A DNA stretch of 64,000 nt, taken from contig JAKFCY010000002.1 in the NCBI GenBank assembly GCA_036676395.1, positions 1,760,001 to 1,824,000 on the forward strand, in the 5' to 3' direction. The DNA comes from Bdellovibrio sp. Its GTDB lineage: Bacteria > Bdellovibrionota > Bdellovibrionia > Bdellovibrionales > Bdellovibrionaceae. The position numbers and the translations under genes are program-made. This document shows, in pieces, positions 39,748 to 51,300 of this stretch (the stretch's first letter is position 1; each line of letters opens with the position of its first letter). The notes beneath the pieces were generated by a model that saw only the letters and a program-made list of their open reading frames with translations, was not told the origin of the DNA and made no database searches.

Positions 39748-40043
39748 CTACGAACTAGTCTGCATTTGAAAATTATTCTTAAGTTGTTCTAAAGTAATTT
39801 TTTTATCTGTATCTCTATTGCAAGCGATACAGTCTTTTGGCACAGAAACTTCGTATCCCCGCATATGCGCATCATAAGCTGTAAAAAGAACGCAAACATT
39901 ACCGGCAATGCCGGTAATAATTAATTTTTTAATTTTAAAATAGCTTTCGCTGCAATTAAGGCTTTGGGTCGAAGCTTATTTGCTTGCGGAAAATTAAAGA
40001 TATTCAGCATATCACAAATTAAAAGCGCCGTCTTTTTCTTCAT
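39748..40043 (-). pseudogene. Isochorismatase-family cysteine hydrolase with internal deletion and frameshift
   Basis: MKKKTALLICDMLN.F.FP...ILKLK joins out of frame to IKKLIITGIAGNVCVLFTAYDAHMRGYEV.VP.DC; the central region is missing. Confidence 0.8.
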
Positions 40044-40345
40044 ACATGCACTTTACTTTTAAAATTCTGCCATTTTGTCAGAGTCCATAAAATTAACTTT
40101 CCGATCGGCTCTTGCAGAAATGGAACATCAAGTGCCAGCAGCAAAACACCTACAGGAATCATCCACACTCCAAACACTGGCAAAACTCCCAATACGCCTG
40201 CAATAATCAATGCTAAACCAATGGGTATGCGATAACGACGTGCCTTTGGATTTTGGACCCAACGCAAAAATTTAGCAATGCGAGGAGAACTATCTTCCAA
40301 TTTTTTTAAAGACTTTTGAAGCTTTTGGCCTTCGCTTTCATTCAT
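40040..40345 (-). CDS. Small membrane protein (PGPGW-like)
   Basis: RIPIGLALIIAGVLGVLPVFGVWMIPVGVLLLALD. Confidence 0.7.
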   Translation of the reverse strand: MNESEGQKLQKSLKKLEDSSPRIAKFLRWVQNPKARRYRIPIGLALIIAGVLGVLPVFGVWMIPVGVLLLALDVPFLQEPIGKLILWTLTKWQNFKSKVHV

Positions 40346-40426
40346 ATGTTAAAGTAGGAATGCAATAATACTTCCACTGTGTTGAGGGGCGAATACGGAC
40401 CAAAATGAGACATATTTTGACCTTCC

Positions 40427-40456
40427 TTGACATATGCATACAAATGCACATATTAT
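40427..40456 (+). promoter_or_regulatory. Sigma-70 promoter with overlapping ArsR-type operator
   Basis: TTGACA-N18-TATTAT; ATATGCAT-ACAA-ATGCACAT lies between the hexamers. Confidence 0.65.
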
Positions 40457-40461
40457 TAATC

Positions 40462-40797
40462 ATGGCGATTACACAAACGAAACAACAAGCTATGAAAGAC
40501 CTGGTCGAAGTATTCGACTCACAATTTTTTAAAGCTATGGCTGAACCTGTACGCATTGAAATTTTAAAATTTCTTATGATCAACGGAAAGTCAGACATAG
40601 CAACTGTCGCAAAAAGTATTCGCAAGGATCGCTCTGTTCTATCGCGCCATTTACACTTTTTGACTGAAGCTGGACTTCTCAAATACGAAAAGATTTCTCG
40701 CAACTCAATCTTCGAAATAGATGCCACCGGATTTCGCGTCAAAGTTTATGCCCTATTTCACAAAGTTGATCGTGCCATAAAAGACTGCTGTCCTTAG
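40462..40797 (+). CDS. ArsR/SmtB-family transcriptional repressor
   Basis: FFKAMAEPVRIEIL and RSVLSRHL..L..AGL motifs; C-terminal DCCP. Confidence 0.9.
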   Translation: MAITQTKQQAMKDLVEVFDSQFFKAMAEPVRIEILKFLMINGKSDIATVAKSIRKDRSVLSRHLHFLTEAGLLKYEKISRNSIFEIDATGFRVKVYALFHKVDRAIKDCCP

Positions 40798-40813
40798 GTT
40801 TTTTTTACATTAT

Positions 40814-40835
40814 TGTGTGCATGTAAATGCACGCA
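40814..40835. promoter_or_regulatory. Second copy of the ArsR-type operator
   Basis: TGTGTGCAT-GTAA-ATGCACGCA just before the AGGAG RBS of the next gene. Confidence 0.65.
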
Positions 40836-40850
40836 TACATAGGAGTTAAT

Positions 40851-41432
40851 ATGAATAATGGTTTAATGCTAACAAGCTCAATAATTTTAATGCTGTTTCT
40901 GACATTGTCGGCCTTCGATGGAATTTACTTTCATCTTTGGAAGTTCAGACTGCAAGAGCGCGAGGATTCAAAAACTGAACACATTATTCACACAATTCGG
41001 GCGGTGCTTTTTATTCCAACGATCATATTCATTTACTGGATAGGACTGAAAGGCATTCTGCTTTGGGCGACAGTAGCTGTTCTTGCCATTGACATGATAA
41101 CAGAAGTTGCGGACGTACTTAATGAACGTGCTAGCAGGATGACCCTAGGAGGTTTACCTTCATCTGAATACCTGCTGCACATCGTGCTGACTACATTACG
41201 GGTCGCCGCTATTTCATTAGCTTTGGCAGCGCTTCCGTTAGAGGCTTGGAATATAAATGCTGAAGTTGAAATTGCACTGCCTGATCTGGCGAAGTTTATT
41301 GCCTTACAAGCTCTTCCAGGCGCTGTAGTAGTTGCGGCACTACATCTATATCTTATTTTTGATCCTACGCTGATTTCGCGAACGGAAATGTTTATTAAAG
41401 GTAAATGCTGTGTAGCTAGAGAGATTTTGTAA
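40851..41432 (+). CDS. Hypothetical multi-pass membrane protein (His/Asp/Glu motifs, C-terminal CC)
   Basis: AGGAG then ATG at 40851; DGIYFH, EHIIHT and EYLLH within hydrophobic helices. Confidence 0.75.
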   Translation: MNNGLMLTSSIILMLFLTLSAFDGIYFHLWKFRLQEREDSKTEHIIHTIRAVLFIPTIIFIYWIGLKGILLWATVAVLAIDMITEVADVLNERASRMTLGGLPSSEYLLHIVLTTLRVAAISLALAALPLEAWNINAEVEIALPDLAKFIALQALPGAVVVAALHLYLIFDPTLISRTEMFIKGKCCVAREIL

Positions 41433-41442
41433 GAAAAAAAAT

Positions 41443-41519
41443 TGGGGCGACCAACGGGGCTTGAACCCGCGACAACCGGAATCACAATCCGGTGCTCTAC
41501 CAACTGAGCTATGGCCGCC
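41443..41519 (-). tRNA. tRNA-His(GTG)
   Basis: GGCGGCCATAGCTCAGTTGGTAGAGCACCGGATTGTGATTCCGG...GTTCAAGCCCCGTTGGTCGCCCCA, with G-1:C73 pair and encoded CCA. Confidence 0.97.
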
Positions 41520-41539
41520 ACTGACGAAAGAGACTCAAA

Positions 41540-41568
41540 TTTATAATTAATTTTGGGTCAAATGGCAA
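41540..41568 (-). promoter_or_regulatory. Sigma-70 promoter of tRNA-His
   Basis: TTGCCA-N17-TATAAA on the minus strand. Confidence 0.6.
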
Positions 41569-41700
41569 GAATTTGGATTTCAAAACTGTTAAAAGGCCAT
41601 ATCGTCTAACAAACGCGTGGCAATTTGGCTAAATTTTCAGCCTTTTTTGGACAATACGCCACTTTGACGACGGCTTTAGAAGTGTTAGGCTTTAAATCAT

Positions 41701-42327
41701 ATGAAAACTTTATTCTCTATACTTATCGCTACCCTAGTTTTATCAACGGCAAACGCCCAAACTAAAACGGCATCTGCGACCACAAATACTGCCAAGACAG
41801 CAAAAACGGAGACCAAAAAAGTGGAAAAATACAATCCAGAAACATGTGCATTTCCTAAAGATGACGATGCTTTAAAAAAATTATTAACTCCTGAACAGTA
41901 CGCAATCACGAAAAAAAATGGCACTGAACGCCCGTTTGATAATGCATACTGGAATAATCACCACCCCGGTATTTACGTAGATGTGATTTCAAAAGAACCG
42001 TTATTTTCTTCAAAAGATAAATTTGAATCTGGTTCTGGCTGGCCAAGTTTTACCAAACCTATCGATAAAGGTGTTGTTGTTGAAAAATCTGATTCTGCAC
42101 ATGGTATGGACCGCGTAGAAATTCGCTCAAAACGTGCCGATTCACATTTAGGCCACGTATTTACCGATGGACCAAAAGATAAAGGCGGCCTTCGTTACTG
42201 CATGAATTCAGCCTCATTAAGATTTGTGCCTTTAGAAAAACTAAAAGATGAAGGTTACGAAGATTATCTGAAGTTATTCACCACTAAAGAAATCACGGAT
42301 GCGAAAGCGCACCCGTTTAAGCCGTAA
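41701..42327 (+). CDS. msrB: Exported peptide-methionine (R)-S-oxide reductase
   Basis: [26 protein letters not shown] and RYCMNSASL; signal peptide plus Thr/Lys linker. Confidence 0.95.
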   Translation: MKTLFSILIATLVLSTANAQTKTASATTNTAKTAKTETKKVEKYNPETCAFPKDDDALKKLLTPEQYAITKKNGTERPFDNAYWNNHHPGIYVDVISKEPLFSSKDKFESGSGWPSFTKPIDKGVVVEKSDSAHGMDRVEIRSKRADSHLGHVFTDGPKDKGGLRYCMNSASLRFVPLEKLKDEGYEDYLKLFTTKEITDAKAHPFKP

Positions 42328-42332
42328 AAAGT

Positions 42333-45300
42333 TTATTCCCAATCAAGCAGAACTAAACGACCGTCTGGAGTTAAAGCCACCTGACGGGCTTCTTGCACCA
42401 AGGCTGTATCGCGATCAATAGCTTTAGCGCTCTGTAATGAGGTCACCCGTGTTTGATCATTCGAGCGTTTGGCGATCTCTGGCGCGATTTTAGTGAATTT
42501 ATCCCAGACCGCTTGTAATTCAGTGAGTTCTTTTTTCTGACTATCAGTAGGAGTCTTAGTCGCTTTTAAAGAGAACAACCGATCTTCGACTTCATTTAAA
42601 GTCATTTTAATCGGAACTCTTTCATTCACGATATATTCAAAGTTTTTACCATGATCAAAAACTTTGACGACATCTAATCCTGGAATGCCTACGTACTTAT
42701 CACGCGTCTGAACGTAAGTTTGAAAAAAGTCTTTTCCACTTTTTTGGCCAGATACCCCAGTTGTTAAAAACGGAAGTCTAACTACTTTGTTAGGATCTTT
42801 CATTGCATATAAATTTGAAGTATTACCCGCACCAATATAATCGCCCAACTCAAAACTTTCAACCTTACCACTTTGCGCAGAGGTGGCCTGAACGACATCA
42901 CCTTTTTTAAGGCCTGAAAGTACATTATCGTACTGTGATCGTTTAAAATTGATTTGTCTTTCAACTTGCCATGCATTTAATCTAGATGGCTCTAAAAGTT
43001 TTTGATCAGCTAAATTGACAATCACCGGGTCTTTGATTGCAGCTGGAGTACGCTCTAAATTTTTGTATTCTAATAATAATTTAGTGGCATTGCCTTTTAC
43101 ATCATAATGTACAGAATTGGTAACATCTTTGTTTTTTAACCAGCCCGCAAACGCTGGATCATTTTTATATCTTTTTAAAAATTCGACCACTTCAGGTGCT
43201 TCTGCTTTTTCGTTATCAGAACGTTTTGCAATATTAACTAACAAATAATCTAACGAAGCTTGTGAATGACGTTGATCTAATTTTGCGGCGTCAGCGGCAG
43301 CTAAAGTTGCAGTCCGGGGCGGTGCCAGTTTAAATTCTTTAAATGGATCGCCGTGCAGGCTTTCTTCATGGCGTAACATTTTCTCCATGGCACCAGCCAC
43401 ATCTTCTGCCGGTGAATCGTTAGTTAAAACGATTTTTTTATCCTGGTAACGTAAGGTCATTTTTTTTATTAAACCATTACTGTCTTTGGCGATAATTACA
43501 TTCTGTTGAATAAAATCATTTTGCTTTTGTAGGCGCACTATAGCCCCACCCACAAAATGACTAAGTTCTGTTTGCTGGGTTTTAGAAAATTGCGGGCTCG
43601 TCGCTGCATGCTGCTGTAAAGCTTCTAATTGGCTCATTGTTTTTTCAGGGTTTCCGATTAACATCTCATGCGGAAGCTGTAACCCTTTATTCGGGGGCAC
43701 GCCGATTTCACGAATTGCTGTTTTTGGATTGGCCGCCAGAGGAGCACCGCCCAATTCATAGAAAATTTTATCGATGCCACCACGAGTGCCCTGGCTTAAA
43801 CGATCAAATGTTGAATGCACAATTCCTGCCGGAGATTGCGGAGCTGGATATCTGGGAACTACAACTCCATTAATAACTTGATCAGTAGCAAAAACAGAAT
43901 CAGCAAAAAGCAATTTAGCTTTTGGATGTTTGGCATTACCTAATGAAGTTGGAACAATATTATTTGATAAAAAACTCCAATAGCCTTCATTCGGTCCATT
44001 ATGACCTAAATTTGCTAAGATGCGTTCGCGAAATTGATTTTGCGTAATATGACCGGCATTTAAATCGCGAATCGCTAACTGCATACCCGGTAATTCGTGC
44101 AAATAGCCCCGAAGCACCGGCACTTCAGCAATGATTTCTCTGACTTCTTGATTTGTTAAATTAGGATTCAACAAATTCGGGTGCGGAAAACCCAGATCTT
44201 TCAAAACCGTTTTTAATTCTTGCGCTGCCGGAGTTTTCACCGTTCCGCGAAGAGTATCAAATAATTCCTCTGATTCTTTGGTGTTTTTTAAAAGTAAGTT
44301 TTCTTGAAACTTTGCAAGTTTACCTACATCAGAATCAAGCATACCGAATTTTAAACCTTGATAATCTACTCGGGCTTTATCTAAAACCTTAGCCACTACT
44401 GGATTTCGAGTGGCGGCAATTAAATCTTCCTGATGTAAAATTGATTTTACTTCTTTAGGAGACAAATCTGCACCTCTTAAAGCCTCGACATAACGATCAA
44501 CTTGCGCTTCTAACTCGGGTGTTGATTTAGAGATACCTGAATGGACTGCCTTTAATTCAACGGGTAATGCCGCACTAGGCGCAGCCATAGCCGAAGGTGC
44601 TGAAGTGCTTGCTGGTATTCGCTGTGTTTTTTTGAACTTTTCAGGATCAATGATTTGTTTTGGATTTTGAATTAAATCATCCACTGTTAAATCAGCCTGA
44701 TCATCTATTTTTTGAAATCCCTCTTTGCCTATCACGGCTTCAATATCATTTTTTAATCCGTATTTTTGTACAATATGTTGTTGCTGTTTACGAATCACCA
44801 ATAGTTCTAATTCTTTATTTTTATTACCATAGCGTTTTACACCGTAAAGAATGCGGTCATACTCGTAACCTAAATTATGATATTGATCCAGAGCCACTTT
44901 TTTGACGTCTTCGGCTGCATTAGATTTTGTTTTAGCTAACACCGATTTTTGCGTCGCCATGTGCGCAAGCTCAGTGTTATCTGATATAAATCCAGCCTTA
45001 ATAGCCGCTTTTGTATTTACTTCGCTGGCCCAGAAACTTTTTGCCGTGCTTCCAAGATTATTTTCGATCGTTTCAGCAGTAAGACGGTAATAAGGCAGCG
45101 CTAAGTCGACATCACCTGATTTTAGAAAGTCATTGGCTACATTTGAAGAAATGCGCGCAAAGTTTTCTGGTTGAAATTCACGATCTGCGCGGCTTAACCG
45201 GTTAACAATCTGACGTTGCTTTTCAATAACCGGAGTTAAGGGGTGCCCAGAAGTTAATTCAGCAGTGCTACGAAGCCCCATTGAACGGCCTCTGATGCCG

Positions 45301-48300
45301 ATCACGCTATCAAGCTCTTCAACCAATGAATTTGTAGATGTATTTGATGAACTTAAAGCCTGCGCTTTCACGCGATCTGTTGCCGGATTTCTTGCTACAC
45401 CTTTAGCTTCAACAACTTGAAAAACACTTTCGCCGTTTAAAGGCGGCGCAGGTTTTGGTACCCCCACTTTAGTGCGAAGTTCTGTTAAATAAGCTTTATC
45501 GTAATCTAGACGACTTTGAGCATTTAATAATTTAATTTTTTCTTCTCGAGAAAATTCGCGCAATTGTCCCATCGCTTCGCTGCGTGACATATTTACGGGC
45601 GTTGAAAAAGATAAGTGCACAGGGCCATTTTTGCCTTCAACATTATTTAAAGTGATTTGCCAGACCGTAAAGTTTTTATCTCCAGAGCGGCCAACATCTT
45701 TCGCAACAATTGAACCCAGTGACTCATCAACTTGATCTAAGGCATCACGTGAATCATTAATAAATGCTTGTCTGCGATCAACGCTTGTTTGCATATTAGA
45801 AATATCGCGCTTAACAGCTCTATTGGGAATTCCGGGCTTACCCGCTTTGCTTTGCGCAATTACCGTTTGTTTATCGACTGCAAAATTAACTGTAGCGGCT
45901 TTGATTTCATCAAAACTAAAACCCTTACCATAACCTTGCGCTGATAATTCTTTACTGATTGATTGCACAGCTAAATCACCGCGCGCGCGATCTGTTTTAG
46001 TGTGCGACACTTCATGCAGTAGCGTTGAAAAGCGAGCATCCGTATCATAATCGATATTAATATAAACTGCGCCTTCAGGAGTTGTAACCCCAGCACTATT
46101 AGCCAGTAATGGGTTACTGGCATCGTCATAGATGACTTTAGTTTTACCTTCAACCTTAAGACGTGCTTTACGACGTAAATCTGCTAATTGCCCTTCATTG
46201 CGTGCATTTTTAAAATCCTCATCAATTTGCGAACGCAGTGCCAGTGGATCCTTACTTCGAGACGATTCAACTTTAACACCCACATAGGCAGAATTTGAAT
46301 CACCTAGTTCACGGTCAGTCATTTTTTTAAAGCTAGTGCTGCCATCTTTATTCACAACACCAACAGTGTAAATGATTTCGCCTTTGATTTTATCGCGACC
46401 TACAACTATGCCCTCTTTGACTTTATCACCAATACCTGCGGTCACGACATAATCACCGGTTTTTAGCTGCGCCAGCGGCTTCACAATAATCGGTGTCACT
46501 GGTAAATTAGTGACCGATGCTGGCGAACGAATAATATTTTGTGCCAAAGCTAAATTCTCTAAGCCTTTAATACCGCCCCGGCGATAGGCTTCAAACACTG
46601 CGTTTGAAGTTACGCCACTGCGGCGGGCTAATTCAGACAATGCAGAATGAGTTTCAGCATTTAAATCTGGCTTATCGACAGAGCGGCCTTTACCTACAGC
46701 ATCTTTAGCTGCACGATGGCCTTCATCTAAGATTTGTTGCAACTCTGAATTTGATTTACTTTGATAAGTTGCACTTCGTTCGCGATCAGCTTTTACTTTT
46801 TTCAAAGCTTCAGGAGTATTTGTGGCTAATAGTTGATCTTGGGTTAAATGAATTTGGTTAGAAATACCTGCTTCATCTAAGTATTCAACAACGTAAGTTT
46901 TAGCTAAACCAGGTTTTGCTTCAAGCTGTGATAACACACGACCCTGGCGCAATTCGCCATTTCCTAATGGAACCACGATATCTGGATTTTGTTTTTTATC
47001 TTTAGACACCAATAACGGAGAATCCGGAGTGGTATCAATACTAGGCGCCACTTCACGTTTTATAACAGGGGGTTTACTTCCCCATTCGCGCGTGATTTTG
47101 GCATTTGTTGTATCTTCTAAATCTGTCTTATAGATAATAGTTTCTTTGCCGTTAACTTCACGCAGTAAGTAGCCACCATTTTTTGCTGGTCCGGCGATAA
47201 CACCTTCAAGTTCACCCGTGCCGTTAAATTCGCTGATCAGAACTTTATCACCGACACGTGCATTGCTGACATCAACGGGAACAGCTTTTTTAGCCACGGC
47301 AGCAACAATTGGAGCGCGTTCTAACGAAAGCTCTTCAGCGTTGGCAATAAACCGGGCATTCGGGTTACGTGTGATTTGTGCATTAGTTAAATCATCTAAA
47401 TCATTTTTATAAATAATTGTTTCTGCGCCATTGGCTTCGCGTAAGATTAACCCACCATTATGAGCATCTCCTGCAATTGCACCACGCAACTCACCGGTTC
47501 CGTTAAACTCGTGAATCACGACTTGATCGCCAATACGTACTTCGCTTGGGGTGACTTTGATCAATTGTGAAATTTCTGACGAGTTATTACCAGTAATACC
47601 TTTGCGTAATAAAAGCGTAGCTTCCGAATTTGAAAAACCAGCTTTACGTAAAATTGCTGTTTTTTCTTTAAGTTCTTTAGCGGTGTAATCAAAATAGCCG
47701 CGCCCTTCGCCGCCCACATTATGTGAAGCTAAAACAGCATTTTTCTGTGCGTCGGTTAGCGGACGTTTTACGTAGTCGGCAGCAGCCTTAACCCGTGATG
47801 GATCATCTAAATCTCCATTCACTTTTAATTCAGCTGTTAAGCCGCGATAAAATTGCGATTCACTGGTCGCTTGCGCTCCCAAATTAATTTCTTTACCTTG
47901 CGAATCTTTAACTCGAATTGTGCCATCTTTGTTTCTACGAATAAACTTAGCATCTAAATCTGCGCCACCACCGCCGGCCAAGGCTTCAAAGTTTTTCACA
48001 GTGACTTGATCACCGGCGCGAGCCATCTCTGGTTTAATTTTAACTTGTGCGACCACTTCATCACCACGAGCAGCAAAGGCAGAAACCTTGTTGCTAATAA
48101 TACGCGGAGGCACAACTGCCTCTAAACTTTGACGATTAATAGTCTCTATAGTGGGGTTAACTTGACGTGCGTACAACGGCGCGCGGTCAGTGTATTTATT
48201 TAATAACCGACGCTCTGATAAAGATAATGTCGAACCATCAATATCTGCTTTTTGCACCGCTTTTACAAATTTTTCTGCATTAGAAAATTCGGCATTACCA

Positions 48301-51300
48301 ATATAACCGCCACGAGGGTTATAACTCATGCTTTGGCGTAACATTTCGGTATCGAAATCTTTTTTACCCGGAAACAACTTATCAAATAAGGCCGTAGATT
48401 CTTTTTTCGAACCGACAGAAGCATAATCAAGAGCAGCAGCTTTATTTTCGTTATAAATTCCCAGTTCGCGCGCCACGCTTTCACGTTGACGGGGATTTAA
48501 ACGTGAACTTTTAAGACGATCTTGTTCGGCTAAATAATCTAATTGATTTCTGGCATCACCAGCCACTTCAGCTGGATCAATAGCTCTTACGCTAATTGGC
48601 GCCGAATCCGCGCTAGCGGTTTTTCTGATGACTGCTGAATCTACTTCTAAGCTTTGACGCGGAAGTAACGCCACATCCGCATTAGTTTGACGTGCATACA
48701 ATGGCGCACGATCAGTAAATTTATTTAATAAGCGACGTTCAGCTAAGGATAAATTAGCGGCGTTAACATCTGCATTTCTTACCGCTGCAACGAATTTTTC
48801 GGCATTGGCAAATTCGCGGGCATTGATATATCCACCACGCGGATTAAAACTCATTGTCTGACGCAATAACGTGTCATCAAAGTCATTACCATTCGGAAAC
48901 AACTTCTTAAACAATTCACGAGTTTCTTTACGCGAAGCGACCGCCGGATAATCCATCGCTGCGATTTTATTTTCATCTGCAATACCTAATTCAAGTGCTG
49001 CATTTTGGCGTTGTTTTGGGTTTAAATTTAAAGTTTTTAAGCCATCTTGTTCTGCTAAATAATCTAGTTCATTACGAGCACCACCAGCTTGGGCCGAATT
49101 AAACACATCCGCTTGGCTTGCATCTGTGCTCTTGGCTCTGACCTGAACTTGCGGTTTAGCTTTACGTGCTAATTTAACTTCTTCATAAAGCTCATTTACT
49201 TCTTTATTTTGGCGTTTGGCTAATTCTTCTAAGGCTCGTTGACCTTCGATATCAATCTTTTTGCTTTTTAAAGCTTTATCAGGCTTACCTGAAACACCGT
49301 AATCGACATTATAAGCATCACGCCCGCCGCGAGAATCGGCTTGGCGAAGGCTATCATCTAAAATTTGTTCAAGCTCTGCTGATGAACGATCTGCAAAACT
49401 AGCACGTCTGGCTTCACGAATTTTTGCCTGACGCACAGCTTGTGGCGTATTGGCTTTTTTTAGTTCAACTTCATTCATGCGCACGACAGTTGCTGTTTTT
49501 CCCGGAGGATAAATCTCAACTTCGTATTGGCCTTTGCCATTTGGACCACTAATAACTTTACCTGGATAAGAAACATCTTTTCCAACCACAGGCACATTAA
49601 TTATTGGGTTGTCAATTTTACCTGGTAGTTTTACGTTCGCTGCCGTTAGTTCAGCTGCCGTTTTACGTGTGCGCCCGATACCTGCACCCTTTTGATAAAA
49701 TTCAACTTCATAATACCCGCGCGCATCCGGGCCACTCATCACCGCGCCTGGATTTGTGCGTCCGGTATTTCCCATCGGAACTTCAAGTTGTTTACCTTTG
49801 ACGATTTCAAATTTTGGAATTGCCGCTTGTTCTGCAACAATGCGCACATTATCTAAGCCGGGGCTTCCGGTTACACCTTTACGTAATAAAAGACTGGCTT
49901 CATCTTCACTTAGACCTGCATCGCGTAGTGCTTTAGCTTTTTGACGAAGTTCAGTTTTACTTAAAGCAAAAATCCCTTTGTCATCGGCGATCTTATGCGA
50001 TTTAAGAACTGCTTGTTGCTGGGCTGCAGTCAGTGGTCTTTGTAAATAACCCTCTGCCACCCTTACACGGGCTACATCATCAGCAATTTCTAAGTTTTGT
50101 TTAACTTCTGCAGTTAAACCACGCGAAAACTCAGCATCTTTGACTTCAGCTTTAACTAAATCAAATTCTTTACCGGCTTCATCCTTAATACGTACAGTGC
50201 CGTCAGTGTTTTTTCTGACTACACTGGCATTAAGATCTGATCCGCCCTCAAAGTTTTTAACGTTAACGGCATCACCAGGACGAATAAATTCTTCTTTTAA
50301 TTTTACTTTTTCAACGACTTCAGCTGAGTCCGCTTTCGTCAGCGACGGTGCTAAACGTTCTGCAGATTTAACTTCATCGCGAAGCAAATCAAACTCTTTA
50401 CCATTGCTATCACTAACGCGCAGTAAGCCATTTTCTAATTTTTTAACAATTTTAAATTCGGCATCTTTGCCGCCTTCAAAATTAGAAACTTTAATTTGCT
50501 CACCTTCGATGAACCGCACATTATCGCTCTTATCAACATAAGTCGTTGGCCTGTTATCGGCCTTCACATTTATTTGCGGAGTAGAGCCTGAGCCTGCGCC
50601 ACTGTTTGATTTAAAAATTGAAACTGGTTCAGGCTTAACTTTTGCAAAACTGGTTACAGGAGCAACAGCACCAGTGTTGTTATTAGAAGTTAAAGCTCTG
50701 ACTAATTCATCTTCAGCAGCCGTCGAGGGTACATTTTGTGTGAATGATTCAGATGCCGGAGAGCGGCCTGAGCCTTTTTGAATATTATTTACAGGTGCTG
50801 CATTGCCAAAATTTTGCATATCAACTTGTGCAACGACAGGCTGAGTACGTTGCATAACCGGTTGGGTTACAACCGCTTGCGCAGCTGCGACTGGACGGCT
50901 GGGTGCCGCGGCGACGGCCATTGCACTATTGTTCGTACTACCACTGCGCATATCAAGGGCCGCAGATTTTTGCAAATAATCTCCTGTTCCTGCAGCAGAA
51001 TTCATTGTTTTTGCAGGCTGCGGAATAACTAGTTTATTTTGTGCAACGGCTTGATCAGCTTTAAATTTGCCACTTAGAAATTCATAAAACTGATTATCGA
51101 GCTGAGATTTAATCTCTGGGTTTGTTTGATATAATTCTTGTGCCTGTATTCTTCTTGAACGCATGCTGCCATCACGGTGCTGATAGGCCACTTCAGCCAT
51201 TGCCCCCTGAGGAGTCTGATGCAATTTAGTTACAGTTCCTTGAATAACTTCGCCAGTTTCATCCGAAATTCTTACAGCAGCATCTTTACCAGCTACACTA

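Noticed and set aside
40338..40742. 134-aa minus-strand ORF and the many other short ORFs nested in long genes
   Set aside because: Antisense or alternative-frame shadows of better-supported genes, with no motifs.
41033..41521. 162-aa minus-strand ORF
   Set aside because: It is a translation of tRNA-His plus the antisense strand of a real gene.
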